Of a DNA stretch of 64,000 bases, positions 1-9,405 are shown piece by piece (positions within the stretch are counted from its first letter, which is position 1; each line of letters starts with the position of its first letter). The stretch is from the NCBI GenBank assembly GCA_027003075.1, contig JALWYV010000042.1, forward strand, positions 11,146-75,145. The letters are read 5' to 3'. The position numbers and the translations under genes were made by a program. Origin of the DNA: a candidate division WOR-3 bacterium (GTDB lineage Bacteria; Hydrothermota; Hydrothermia; LBFQ01). Under the pieces are notes generated by a model. That model did not search any database. It saw nothing but the letters and a program-made list of their open reading frames with translations, and was not told the DNA's origin.

Positions 1-1
1 A

Positions 2-172
2 GGGTTCATTTACGACAGTACCTACACGCCCGTCCTATCCGTGGGAGAGCGGGAGAAACTCGGAAGGTACGATCTCGGGATAGATATAACCGTATTTCCT
101 GTAAGGCACGACCTCAGGAACAAGAGGGTGGAGTGGAACGACATAAAGCTGGTGGTATGGATAGGTTTCTGA
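2..172 (+). CDS. 3' end of an unidentified CDS, open at the window edge
   Basis: Frame 2 is open from the window edge to TGA at 170-172 (...GRYDLGIDITVFPVRHDLRNKRVEWNDIKLVVWIGF*). The composition is protein-like. It overlaps the rsmH ATG at 157. No family recognised, and it does not resemble MraZ. Confidence 0.3.
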   Translation, partial: GFIYDSTYTPVLSVGEREKLGRYDLGIDITVFPVRHDLRNKRVEWNDIKLVVWIGF

Positions 173-1146
173 GGGAGTACCACAGACCCGTTCTCCTGCG
201 GGAGACCCTTGAGATTCTGAATTTGAAGCCCCATCTTGTGGTCGTGGACGCCACCTTCGGTTTCGGTGGACACGGTTTTGAGATAGCGAAGAGGGTAGAT
301 CCGGGAATAGTTATCGGTTTTGAAAAGGACCCGGAGACCTACCGTATAGTGTCGGAGTCCCTCCCACCCATCACGAACATAAGGCTCCTGAACATGGGAT
401 ACGAGAGGCTGGACGAGGGACTCCTGAAGGTGGGCATCCTCTCCGTGGACAGGGTGCTGTTTGACCTCGGCATGTCCTCCTTCTCCATAGAGGGGACGGG
501 AAGGGGTTTCTCGTTCCGGAAAAACGAGCCTCTGGATCTGCGCTTTAATCCCAACGAGGGGGAACCGGCCTACGAGTTCCTTAACAGGGCATCCGTGAGG
601 GAGATTGAGGAGGTTCTAAGGAAGTACGGGGAGGAGAGAAAGAGCGGCTTGATAGCACGGGAGATAGTGAATAGCAGACCGATAAAGACGACAGGTGATC
701 TGGCGGCGATAGTTGATAAGTTCTACCCTCCCAAGTGGAGAAACAAGGCTAAGGCGAGAGTATGGCAGGCCCTGAGAATATACGTAAACGACGAGCTGGA
801 GAATCTCAGGAGGGGGCTTGCCCTCGCCCTAAGGCACCTCAAGGTCGGCGGCATACTGGCCGTTATAAGTTTCCACTCCCTTGAAGATAGGGCGGTAAAG
901 ACCCTGAAGAACTTCCCATTCGTGGAACCGATAACGAAAAAGCCTATAGTTCCCACGGAGGAGGAGATCTCGGAAAATCCGAGGAGCAGATCCGCAAAAC
1001 TGAGGGCCTACATGAAGGTAGCCGAAGTGGACGCCTCAACCCTTCTTCTGGACAGAAGGTTCGCGAACCCGTTCCCGGTCAGGTGGAAGGAAACCCGCAG
1101 GAGGATTCGCAGAGAGGTACGGAAGCTGAGGAAAAGGCGGAGATGA
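157..1146 (+). CDS. rsmH: 16S rRNA (cytosine1402-N4)-methyltransferase RsmH (MraW)
   Basis: N-terminus is MDRFLREYHRPVLLRETLEIL followed by the SAM motif DATFGFGGHG, and SFHSLEDR occurs later. The ORF track starts at GTG 133; ATG 157 fits the family N-terminus better. Confidence 0.9.
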   Translation: MDRFLREYHRPVLLRETLEILNLKPHLVVVDATFGFGGHGFEIAKRVDPGIVIGFEKDPETYRIVSESLPPITNIRLLNMGYERLDEGLLKVGILSVDRVLFDLGMSSFSIEGTGRGFSFRKNEPLDLRFNPNEGEPAYEFLNRASVREIEEVLRKYGEERKSGLIAREIVNSRPIKTTGDLAAIVDKFYPPKWRNKAKARVWQALRIYVNDELENLRRGLALALRHLKVGGILAVISFHSLEDRAVKTLKNFPFVEPITKKPIVPTEEEISENPRSRSAKLRAYMKVAEVDASTLLLDRRFANPFPVRWKETRRRIRREVRKLRKRRR

Positions 1147-1358
1147 GGTTTAAACACGTTATCCACTTCGTAATAATATCCGTCATCATACTTATAAGCG
1201 TTATCCTGAACTCCTACACCGTCGTCTACCTCACCCGTGAGATCTCAAGAAAGAAGAGTGAACTTCGCCGACTCAGGTGGGAACACGATCGGGTACTTTA
1301 CCAGCGGTACGCCCTATGGCCGAAGTACCTCAGGGACGTGATAGATAAGGTCCGTTAA
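1143..1358 (+). CDS. small bitopic membrane protein, FtsL-like by position
   Basis: ATG 1143 overlaps the rsmH stop (ATGA). There is one N-terminal TM segment (VIHFVIISVIILISVILNSYTVVYL) followed by a charged helical tail. It sits where ftsL lies in dcw clusters. No sequence-level identification. Confidence 0.4.
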   Translation: MRFKHVIHFVIISVIILISVILNSYTVVYLTREISRKKSELRRLRWEHDRVLYQRYALWPKYLRDVIDKVR

Positions 1359-1840
1359 CGCCGTTTCCTCCTTTTCTTCCTCTTCAGGGAAGATAGGAAC
1401 TCCTCCATCTCGTCTAACATGGTAGTCTGGATGTCGTAGGTATCCACAGCCTCCTTCCCTGAGTAAACCTTCCCCGATACGGATAACCTCTCAACGAAGG
1501 AGAGGAAGTCGCGGGGATCCATTACGTAGAGGTTGGGGTGCAGGTGCTTCGCCCTGTCGGCCAGGGACCTGTCGCGGGTCACGAGCTTTATGGTATCACC
1601 CGTGTGACGCTTTACGTACTCAACGATCCACTCGTCGGCCGTCATTCCGTGCCTCTTTTCTCCTGAGAACTTGACGTAGGAGGGGTGAGGGGTGTCCGTA
1701 CGACCGTCAAACACGAAGATCACCCTGTAGTTCTTCCTCAGAAGGACGTTCGCTATCTCCAGCGCCATCCTGTAGGCTTCGGCAAAACTTACGGCCTTAC
1801 CCGTTGAGTAGGCGAGGTTGTAAGCGTCCACAAGGAACAC
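1355..1840 (-). CDS. NYN/YacP-like (PIN-like) predicted RNase
   Basis: MFLVDAYNLAY...VIFVFDG...LVTRDRSLADRA matches the YacP/NYN pattern (DGYN-like start, FD, TSD/TRD acidic motifs). Basic KKRRKRR tail. Confidence 0.6.
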   Translation of the reverse strand: MFLVDAYNLAYSTGKAVSFAEAYRMALEIANVLLRKNYRVIFVFDGRTDTPHPSYVKFSGEKRHGMTADEWIVEYVKRHTGDTIKLVTRDRSLADRAKHLHPNLYVMDPRDFLSFVERLSVSGKVYSGKEAVDTYDIQTTMLDEMEEFLSSLKRKKRRKRR

Positions 1841-1842
1841 GG

Positions 1843-2613
1843 CTACATCACCAGGTTTATTATGAACTTCCCGGCCTTAAAGAGGAACCGGGCCACCTTC
1901 TTTACTTTCTCCAGCTTCTCCCTCTGGTCCCGCTTCACCACTATGTCGCATCCCTTCGCCTCCGCCGCCTCTATGACTATCTGCCCGGCAGCGTTGGTGG
2001 ACACCTTCCCCTTAACGAACTTAACGGCTTTGCTCCACGCGTTCTTCACCTCCGGGTACTCGGAGAAGTCAAGGAGAACGTTACCCTTATCGTCCACTAT
2101 GCGGGGATAGAGGCAGGCCTTCGCACCCTCCGGGGTCTTGATTATCACACCCTGAACGTCTTTAGCAGGCTCAACGTCCTTATCGGGGGGGCGTTTGGGA
2201 TGTTTGCCCGGCCCCATCTCCTTTGCGAGGGTGTCAAGGGAAACCTCAACTACGACCTCAACCCTCCCGTCCTTGTAATACTTCGGCTTTCCTATTACCC
2301 TCGCCCCCTTCACTATGCCTTCAACCCTCTGGACGACTATATCGCTCTGGGTCATGTAGTCCTCAACCACCGTCTCGGACGTGATGTGGACACCTTTAAG
2401 GATCTCAAGCAGGTTCCTGCGGGCATCCACGACGGCTGCCCTCTCGGCGAGGAGCTTCGCCTGACCTCTCGGCTTCTTGGGATCCATGAAACCGTACCCC
2501 TTAGCACGGACGACCCCCGCCGTCCAGTTTATCTCACCCTTGTCGTACACCTCCCTCACGGCCGTATCAGCCCCTTTCCCGGCAACGAGAAGCAATAGAA
2601 CGTTACCCATCAT
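1843..2613 (-). CDS. LPP20-like secreted protein
   Basis: Signal-like N-terminus. The segment GVVRAKGYG...AKLLAERAAVVDARRNLLEILKGVHITSETVV is typical of LPP20-family lipoprotein domains. It has its own TAAAAT box (plus coords 2622-2627) 8 nt upstream of the ATG. Confidence 0.45.
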   Translation of the reverse strand: MMGNVLLLLVAGKGADTAVREVYDKGEINWTAGVVRAKGYGFMDPKKPRGQAKLLAERAAVVDARRNLLEILKGVHITSETVVEDYMTQSDIVVQRVEGIVKGARVIGKPKYYKDGRVEVVVEVSLDTLAKEMGPGKHPKRPPDKDVEPAKDVQGVIIKTPEGAKACLYPRIVDDKGNVLLDFSEYPEVKNAWSKAVKFVKGKVSTNAAGQIVIEAAEAKGCDIVVKRDQREKLEKVKKVARFLFKAGKFIINLVM

Positions 2614-2640
2614 AGGATAAAATTTTAAGGGATGAGAGGG

Positions 2641-3780
2641 TCATGTTTCCACCCTCCATCTGTAGGCACTGTACGAAAGGGCCAGCCATATCCACTCCGT
2701 CAAAATATGGCTCCCCCCATAGGTTATAAAGGGCAGGGGTATGCCTGCTATGGGTAGAAGGCCCAGTACGGACATCAGGTTAACCGAAGTCTGGTACAGG
2801 AAGAACATCCCGGCCGTAGAGGATATGCGCTGAACGTACGGGTCGGGCGAGAGGGAAAGGTAAAAGAGAAGGAACGGCAGGGCGTATAGTAGCAGGATAA
2901 GGACCGCACCGGCTACGTAACCGTAAACTTCAACGATGGATGTGAATGCGAAGTCCGTATGGGCGGCCGGGAGGAAACCGTAGTTCTTCTGAGTTGCCCC
3001 CCTTATGCCCTTGCCGAAGATGCCCGCATTCGCGAGGGCTATCCTTGACTGGTAGGTCTGGTAGAGTACCTCCCTGTTCTCCTGAGGGTTCAGCATGGCC
3101 AGTATACGCTTCCGCTGGTACTCCTTGAGACCCCTGTTCCAGAGTACGGGGGTTGTAAGGCCTATGCCTATGACCAGACCCACGGTTACGACTATCCATC
3201 CGAGGGATGCCCTGAGGACGGTGAGGGCGGCCGTTATAAGCCCCATGAACGCCCAGAACAGGACCTTAACGAAGGAAACGATCGGGGCCACTAAGATGGA
3301 GAAGAGGAGGACGACCACCTTCAGGTCTCTGGCAGTTATGAAAACAACGTACAGGGTCAGTATCAGGATAACGCTACTCGTAGCCAGATCCGGCTCAATC
3401 AGGACCAGAATCCACGCTATACCTCCCAGAAGGATACGCTTGAGAGTGCCTTCAACGGCTATCAGGTAGAGAGGTACGGTTACCTTCGCTATTTCCGAGG
3501 GCTGGAAGTTCATAACACCGATGTTGAACCACCTCTTCACTCCGGCGCCAGTGCCGAAGAAGAGGACGGCAACGAGGAGTACGAGTGTGACGTAGTACAG
3601 AGGCCTTGAGTTCATAACTATGGTCCTGATGTTGAACCTGATTACGTGGAGAAAGATCAGAAAACCCGCGAGGTTGTACAGGAGCTGCTTCAGAGCGAGG
3701 ATCCAATCGGGTAATAGCCCTACAACTCCTACAAAGGCCAGAATTCCGGCCAGATATATCGGGAGGTTCTCCCTTTTCAA
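2641..3780 (-). CDS. SEDS-family peptidoglycan glycosyltransferase (FtsW/RodA/SpoVE)
   Basis: About ten TM segments. Family motifs present: FQPSEIAKV, LPAAHTDFAF, GLLPIAGIPLPFITYGGSH. Confidence 0.85.
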   Translation of the reverse strand: MKRENLPIYLAGILAFVGVVGLLPDWILALKQLLYNLAGFLIFLHVIRFNIRTIVMNSRPLYYVTLVLLVAVLFFGTGAGVKRWFNIGVMNFQPSEIAKVTVPLYLIAVEGTLKRILLGGIAWILVLIEPDLATSSVILILTLYVVFITARDLKVVVLLFSILVAPIVSFVKVLFWAFMGLITAALTVLRASLGWIVVTVGLVIGIGLTTPVLWNRGLKEYQRKRILAMLNPQENREVLYQTYQSRIALANAGIFGKGIRGATQKNYGFLPAAHTDFAFTSIVEVYGYVAGAVLILLLYALPFLLFYLSLSPDPYVQRISSTAGMFFLYQTSVNLMSVLGLLPIAGIPLPFITYGGSHILTEWIWLALSYSAYRWRVET

Positions 3781-5385
3781 CTATCTACGGGTTGTAAATC
3801 TGGACCACTCTTCCACGGCGTCTATGTCGTGTCCGCCCTTTCGGGCGGACGAGAGCCTGAACTTTACCAGAAGGGGGACCCTCGTAAAGGGCCCCAGAAG
3901 TACGGCCTCACCGGGATTTAGGGCGGGAAGGTACTGGAGTAGATCGGCGCTGAGGGTCTCGGAGGCCCTCTGGACGTGCCTCTGATCCTCCGGCTCAACT
4001 ATGCGCAGGATTATCCAGTTGTTCATCTGGGATAGGACGTTCTCGTCTAAGCCCTTCGGTCTCTGGCTCACTAACACGACCCCCAGACCGAACTTTCTGG
4101 CCTCACGGGCGACCTTTGAGAGGGCGTACTTAGTCTTCGTGGACGCTCCCTTTGGGGCGAATATGTGGGCCTCCTCTATCACCACCAGAACCGGAACCCT
4201 GAGGTGTCCCTGTCTCTCCTGCACCCAGCGCTTACGCTCCTTCAGGAAGGAGAGGAGTATGTGGGAGACCACCACGTCCATCGCCTCGTAGTCCAGCCCC
4301 CTGAGGTCCAGAACGTTTATCTTACCCTCCCCGTGCCTCCCTATCAGCTCCACTATGGGTGTGGCGTTATCCTGTATGCGGTCCCCTATCTTGTCCCTGA
4401 GGTTTACGAGCCTGATGTAAGTTCCTATGAGTTCGTCCGGTTTGGTCGTGTTCACGAAGTCGCAGGGCAGGTCAACCGCCCCGACGTCCTCCTCGTCCTT
4501 TTTGCGGCTCCTCCGGGCCTCTATGAGTCCACGGAGAGTGTTTATGAGGTCGTCTATGAAGGATGAGGCGGATACATCTTCGGAGAAGGGATCCGTATCC
4601 ATAACGTTCATCAGGGCGCCGCGGCGACGGTTCTCCTTCACGCACCTGACCAGTTCCATCATAACGTAGTATTGACGGCTGCTCCGATCAAAGTCTATGC
4701 CACACATGGCAGCGATATCCCCGGGGGGCATGGAAGAGAGGTCTATACGGACGTCTATAGGGTTGGTAACCCTCTCGCCGTCGGAGTTGTAGAAGTCGGC
4801 GTCAACGTACTCGCCGTGGACGTCTATAACCAGTACGGTACCGTTTTTCTTCGCTATCTCCTCAAGGATCACGGAGACGGCGTTGGACTTACCCCCTCCC
4901 GTAACGGCCAGTATGGCGAGGTGGCGTGAAACGATCTGGTTTATATCAACCCCTATATCTACGTCCGGAGACGTGAGGAGGGAGCCTATACGGGCCATCT
5001 TCCGGTCGTCCTCGGCGGCGAATATCCTTCGCAGGATCTCGGGGTCGGCCGTATAAACGGGAGCGCCCGGCATGGGTGGGTACTTCAGACGGATCAACCT
5101 CCCGTCCTCCCCCACCTGACCGAGGAGAGTGGTACGCGCCCTGAATATACCACCTATGCGGTAGATCTTCCTTATGGACTCAACGTGATCCGGGTTGTTA
5201 TCCTCGGGAAGGAAGCGGTCAAACCGCTCTATATGGTTTACCATACCGAGGACCTGAACCGTACTGTTCCCCTCCGGATACTCTATCAGTATGAACTCCC
5301 CCATCCTCGGTGGGTCAAAGCTCGTAAAAGTAATCTCGTTGGGTTTGAGAATCCCAACGCAGTATCCGAGGGGTTTACGGTTCAT
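3781..5385 (-). CDS. HerA-like (DUF87) FtsK/HerA-superfamily ATPase
   Basis: N-terminal barrel-like region, Walker A (LAILAVTGGGKSNAV), Walker B-like (VLVVIEEAHIFAP) and the VSQRP motif. Length and layout match archaeal-type HerA. Confidence 0.7.
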   Translation of the reverse strand: MNRKPLGYCVGILKPNEITFTSFDPPRMGEFILIEYPEGNSTVQVLGMVNHIERFDRFLPEDNNPDHVESIRKIYRIGGIFRARTTLLGQVGEDGRLIRLKYPPMPGAPVYTADPEILRRIFAAEDDRKMARIGSLLTSPDVDIGVDINQIVSRHLAILAVTGGGKSNAVSVILEEIAKKNGTVLVIDVHGEYVDADFYNSDGERVTNPIDVRIDLSSMPPGDIAAMCGIDFDRSSRQYYVMMELVRCVKENRRRGALMNVMDTDPFSEDVSASSFIDDLINTLRGLIEARRSRKKDEEDVGAVDLPCDFVNTTKPDELIGTYIRLVNLRDKIGDRIQDNATPIVELIGRHGEGKINVLDLRGLDYEAMDVVVSHILLSFLKERKRWVQERQGHLRVPVLVVIEEAHIFAPKGASTKTKYALSKVAREARKFGLGVVLVSQRPKGLDENVLSQMNNWIILRIVEPEDQRHVQRASETLSADLLQYLPALNPGEAVLLGPFTRVPLLVKFRLSSARKGGHDIDAVEEWSRFTTRR

Positions 5386-5723
5386 TTCTTCATCATCCAG
5401 AACTTGCCTTCCCAGACTTTCATGCCCTTCGGGCGATACTGCCCCTTCATGACCTTATGACTGCGTATCTCGGCGTACCCTTCCAGCTCCTCGGAGGTAA
5501 AAGAGGCGTCCTTTATGGTGAAGTAAACCGTGTCGTTGCGTATAACACCGAGAAACTTGCCCGTGTTTCCTCCGGTAAAGTCCCCTATGAGGGAGTCCCC
5601 CTTCTGTACGAGCTCAACGAAGCCGAAGCCCGTCTCCCACTTGCCGGAGTAATCGGCCTCTCCGTTACCCGATCCACAGGACGCAAGAAGCAGAACCGCA
5701 AACAAAGGCAGGACGTATCGCAT
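5382..5723 (-). CDS. small lipoprotein, unknown function
   Basis: Lipobox signal MRYVLPLFAVLLLASCGSG. TATAAT box (plus coords 5732-5737) lies 8 nt upstream of the ATG. The stop overlaps the HerA-like start. Confidence 0.6.
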   Translation of the reverse strand: MRYVLPLFAVLLLASCGSGNGEADYSGKWETGFGFVELVQKGDSLIGDFTGGNTGKFLGVIRNDTVYFTIKDASFTSEELEGYAEIRSHKVMKGQYRPKGMKVWEGKFWMMKK

Positions 5724-5777
5724 AGCATACTATTATAGGGGTGGAGATAAATTCGTCGGAAAACGTACGGCGGTAAA

Positions 5778-6971
5778 ATGCCTTCTATGGTGTACAGGGA
5801 GATCCTTCAAAAGGGACAAAAAATAATCCTCGCAGTCGTTGACGGTATAGGTGGGCTACCCGTGCTCGGTGGTTTTACAGAGATGGAACTCGCCCATCTT
5901 CCCAATCTGGACAATCTCGCCCGGAAGTACCCTGTTGGGGCACTGGAACCTGTGGCCCCCGGAATAACACCGGGTAGTGGACCCGCCCATCTCTCCCTCT
6001 TCGGGTATGACCCCCTCAGCTACCGCATAGGCCGGGGCATACTTGAGGCCCTTGGCGTGGGACTGGAGGTGCGGAAGGGGGATCTGGCCATAAGGGGGAA
6101 CTTCGCAACGGTGAGAGACGGTGTGGTGGTGGACAGGCGAGCCGGAAGGATATCCACGGAGGAAAACAGGAGGTTGATTGAGAAACTTAAGGCCATAGAC
6201 AGAGTGGAGGACGTTGAAGTTATCTGGAAGAGCGGAAAGGAACACAGGTTCGTCCTCCTCCTCCGGGGCGATGGCCTATCGGAGAACGTGAAGGAGACGG
6301 ACCCGGGGAAAGAAAGTTTACCACCGGTTGACCCGGAGCCTGCCGCCCCCGACGGTGAGAAAACGGCCAGAATCCTGAAGGAGATATACCGGAGGGCGAT
6401 GGAGATCCTGAAAGGTGAGGATAGGGCGAATTACTTCCTCCTCAGGGGGTACGCCACCCACCCGGATATACCCACGTTTCAGGAGAAGTGGGGTCTCAGA
6501 GCTTTCGGAACGGCCGCCTATCCGATGTACAGGGGACTGGCCAAACTGGTGGGTATGGACGTCCCCGACGATACGCCTGACTTTGAGAGCGAGTTAAGGG
6601 CTCTTGAGGAAAATTGGGATAGGTACGACTTCTTCTACATACACTTCAAGGACGCCGACAAGGCCGGAGAGGACGGGGACTGGAGGAAGAAGGTTAAAGC
6701 ACTACAGACCTTTGATTCTTACGTGCCGAGACTGTTGGGTCTGGGGGGCGTTCTGGCCATAACGGGGGATCACGACACCCCCTGTCTCATCCGGGGCCAC
6801 TCATGGCACTACGTTTCACTACTGATAGCGAGTAAGAGGGCGGGGGTACCGACGGCCTGGCAGTTTACGGAGAGGGAGAGCCTGAAGGGGAGCCTCGGAC
6901 TTCGCCGGTCCACGGAACTTATGGGCCTCCTCCTGGCCACGGCCGGATGGCTTAAGAAGTACGGGGCTTAA
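5778..6971 (+). CDS. apgM: cofactor-independent phosphoglycerate mutase, archaeal type (ApgM)
   Basis: ILAVVDGIGGLP, PGSGPAHLSLFGYDP and GDHDTP motifs. The real start is probably ATG 5787, because TAAAAT at 5774-5779 overlaps the first ATG. Confidence 0.85.
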   Translation: MPSMVYREILQKGQKIILAVVDGIGGLPVLGGFTEMELAHLPNLDNLARKYPVGALEPVAPGITPGSGPAHLSLFGYDPLSYRIGRGILEALGVGLEVRKGDLAIRGNFATVRDGVVVDRRAGRISTEENRRLIEKLKAIDRVEDVEVIWKSGKEHRFVLLLRGDGLSENVKETDPGKESLPPVDPEPAAPDGEKTARILKEIYRRAMEILKGEDRANYFLLRGYATHPDIPTFQEKWGLRAFGTAAYPMYRGLAKLVGMDVPDDTPDFESELRALEENWDRYDFFYIHFKDADKAGEDGDWRKKVKALQTFDSYVPRLLGLGGVLAITGDHDTPCLIRGHSWHYVSLLIASKRAGVPTAWQFTERESLKGSLGLRRSTELMGLLLATAGWLKKYGA

Positions 6972-8831
6972 ATGGGCAGGGGTTATCTGCGAATAATAGG
7001 AGAACTCTTCTCCCTCGCCCGTCCCTACTGGTTCCCCTTCTCGCTGGCCTTCGTTAGTCTCGTGGGGGCAGCGGTAGTTGAGGTCAGCATTCCTCAGGTG
7101 GTGAGACACACCATAGACAGGTACGTAGTGCCGAGGTACGCACCGGATAAGGCCACGGGCGAGATGGTGGACGTAACCACCCTGTCCAAGTGGGAGGTGG
7201 AAAAGAGGGTAAAACCGGAGAGGTACTATAAGACGCCTATCGGCTACATTAAACCGGAAGAACTGTTCAAACGCCCTTACGAGGAAATACTGAAACTCCG
7301 ATCCGAGGACATTAAGGCTATAAACCGGATGTTCCTGATATTCGTTCTACTCCTCGTCTTGAGGTTTATCCTCAACTTCTCCTTCGTCTTCCTGAGCAGC
7401 TGGGTGGGTCAGAAGGTGGCGAACGATCTCCGTTTACGAACCTTCAACCACGCCCTGAGACTTCCCGTATCCTTTTACGACCGTACGCCCCTCGGAGTGA
7501 TAATAACCCGCCTGACCAACGACATAAACTCCATCGTTGAGACCTTCACCGGGGGTTTCCTGAACATATTTCAGAACGTTCTCATGTTCTTTGCCGCCCT
7601 CGTCCTCATGTTCGCCATAAGTGTACGTCTTACCCTCCTCGTTCTGCTGCTCATACCGGTTATATTGGTCCTATCGTACGTTTTCGCCGGTTTCTTCGCT
7701 AAAGCATGGCGAAAGGTGCGAACGGGCATAGCCCGCCTTAACGCCTTCGTTCAGGAGACGATATGGGGACTCAAGACCATCCAGAACTTCATGGCCTACG
7801 ACCTCGTAAAGCGCAGGTTTGAGGAGATAAACTCCTACCTGTATTCCGCCTACATGGGAGTGGTGTACATAGCAGGAGTCTTCCGTCCGGCTCTGAGCTT
7901 CCTGAGCTACGTCGCCATAGCCATAGTGGTGTGGTACTCGGCCGGCGGAATAATGAAGGGGGATATAACCTTCGGTGGTCTGGTTGCCTTCCTCAGTTAC
8001 ATAGACATTCTGTTCAAGCCGGTTCAGGAGTTTGCCCAGAGAATTCAGGTTGTACAGTCCTCCGCGGCCGGGTACGAGAAGGTAAAGACCTTTCTGAGCA
8101 ATCCAACCGAGTACGAGGAGAGGCGGGGGACCCTCCGGGGAGAGGAGAGGGAGGAGGTGATAAAGTTTCAGGACGTCAAACACTCTTACGATGGCAGAAG
8201 GTGGGCGCTCAGGGGCGTAACCTTCAGTGTACGCAGAGGTGAGAAGGTCGCTTTAGTGGGGAGAACCGGTTCCGGAAAGACGACGATCCTCAACCTTATT
8301 CTCGGGTTTTACATACCCACCGAAGGGGAGGTGCTCGTCTACGGCATACCCACGGTTGACTGGGATATAACCGTCCTAAGGAGCCTCTACGCCCCTGTTA
8401 TGCAGGACCTGACCGTCTTCGCAGACAGTATTCCCATGAACATAACCCTCGGATACGATCTGGACTACGAAAGGATACTGGAAGAACTGGAGATAACCTA
8501 CCTGCTCCACAAGGAGTACCACGAACTTTCGGCCGGAGAGAAACAGCTCGTGTCCATAGCACGGGCCCTGGCTTTCAACAGACCGATAATCGTTTTTGAC
8601 GAGGCTACGAGCAATCTTGACCCCATTACAGAGCTCAAACTTCAACGCATCCTGATAGAAAAGTTCAGGGACAAGACCCTGATAATAGTTGCCCACAGGC
8701 TGGCTACCGCCCGGATAGCCGACAGGATAATCGTCCTTGAGGACGGACGTATCGTTGAGGAGGGGAGCCACGAAGAACTGATGGAGAGGAGGGGGAAGTA
8801 CTACGAACTTTATAAACTTCAGGAGGTATGA
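6972..8831 (+). CDS. ABC exporter, fused permease/ATPase (MsbA/multidrug type)
   Basis: Six-TM N-terminal half, Walker A GRTGSGKTT, signature LSAGEKQ, Walker B IIVFDEATS. Starts directly after the apgM stop. Confidence 0.9.
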   Translation: MGRGYLRIIGELFSLARPYWFPFSLAFVSLVGAAVVEVSIPQVVRHTIDRYVVPRYAPDKATGEMVDVTTLSKWEVEKRVKPERYYKTPIGYIKPEELFKRPYEEILKLRSEDIKAINRMFLIFVLLLVLRFILNFSFVFLSSWVGQKVANDLRLRTFNHALRLPVSFYDRTPLGVIITRLTNDINSIVETFTGGFLNIFQNVLMFFAALVLMFAISVRLTLLVLLLIPVILVLSYVFAGFFAKAWRKVRTGIARLNAFVQETIWGLKTIQNFMAYDLVKRRFEEINSYLYSAYMGVVYIAGVFRPALSFLSYVAIAIVVWYSAGGIMKGDITFGGLVAFLSYIDILFKPVQEFAQRIQVVQSSAAGYEKVKTFLSNPTEYEERRGTLRGEEREEVIKFQDVKHSYDGRRWALRGVTFSVRRGEKVALVGRTGSGKTTILNLILGFYIPTEGEVLVYGIPTVDWDITVLRSLYAPVMQDLTVFADSIPMNITLGYDLDYERILEELEITYLLHKEYHELSAGEKQLVSIARALAFNRPIIVFDEATSNLDPITELKLQRILIEKFRDKTLIIVAHRLATARIADRIIVLEDGRIVEEGSHEELMERRGKYYELYKLQEV

Positions 8832-9286
8832 CTATGAGGCAGGTTGCCGTTATAGGTTCCTCACAGGCCACGGAGGAGGAGTACGACGTTGCCTACCGCC
8901 TTGGCAGGTTGATAGCAAAACACGGATGGGTCGTGGTGTCCGGTGGGAGGACGGGTGTTATGGAGGCCGTGAGTAGGGGAGCCGTGGAGGAGGGCGGGCT
9001 TACGGTCGGTATTTTGACCACCTACACGGGTGAGGACGCCAACCCCTACGTGAAGGTCCGGATAAATACGGGTATGAACTGGAACCGCAACCCCATAGTG
9101 GTGGCATCCGGGGAGTTCGTGGTTGCCGTTGGGGGAAGGTACGGCACCCTCACGGAGATAGGGTACGCCCTCGTCCTCGGGAAGACGGTCATAGGTTTTA
9201 AGACGCATTCGGTTGAAGGGATTGAAAACTATACGGGTGCGGAGGATTTCCTCAGGAGGGTTAAGGAGGAGTTGGCTTTAAGGTAG
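8828..9286 (+). CDS. TIGR00725-like / LOG (SLOG) family Rossmann protein
   Basis: VAVIGSS...VVSGGRTGVMEAVSRGA...GGRYGTLTEIGYAL pattern. ATGA overlap with the ABC exporter stop. Confidence 0.65.
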   Translation: MTMRQVAVIGSSQATEEEYDVAYRLGRLIAKHGWVVVSGGRTGVMEAVSRGAVEEGGLTVGILTTYTGEDANPYVKVRINTGMNWNRNPIVVASGEFVVAVGGRYGTLTEIGYALVLGKTVIGFKTHSVEGIENYTGAEDFLRRVKEELALR

Positions 9287-9360
9287 ACGTATTATTGAAT
9301 TCTCACATCACCGGCCACATCTCTTCCATCGGAAAATACGGTCTAACATCCCAACAAAAA

Positions 9361-9380
9361 CCGGGGGCGAAGGCCCCCGG
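9361..9380 (-). terminator. intrinsic terminator hairpin downstream of the 9406-10395 gene
   Basis: ccgggggc-gaag-gcccccgg gives a perfect 8-bp GC stem. On the minus strand it is followed by TTTTT (plus-strand A-run 9356-9360). Confidence 0.55.
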
Positions 9381-9405
9381 TCCGTTCACGTTCTCAGACG
9401 AGGTT

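Noticed and set aside
2-172. MraZ as the identity of the partial gene upstream of rsmH.
   Set aside because: The position suggests mraZ, but the 56 C-terminal residues do not resemble the SpoVT/AbrB-type MraZ C-terminus. It is left as unidentified.
22-273. An 83-aa minus-strand ORF at the window start.
   Set aside because: It is antisense to the rsmH 5' end and to the open upstream frame. No start context and an implausible composition.
3781-5385. The HerA-like ATPase as part of a Sir2-HerA or DUF4297-HerA anti-phage system.
   Set aside because: No Sir2, DUF4297, nuclease or other effector ORF is adjacent. The flanking genes are a small exported lipoprotein and a SEDS polymerase.
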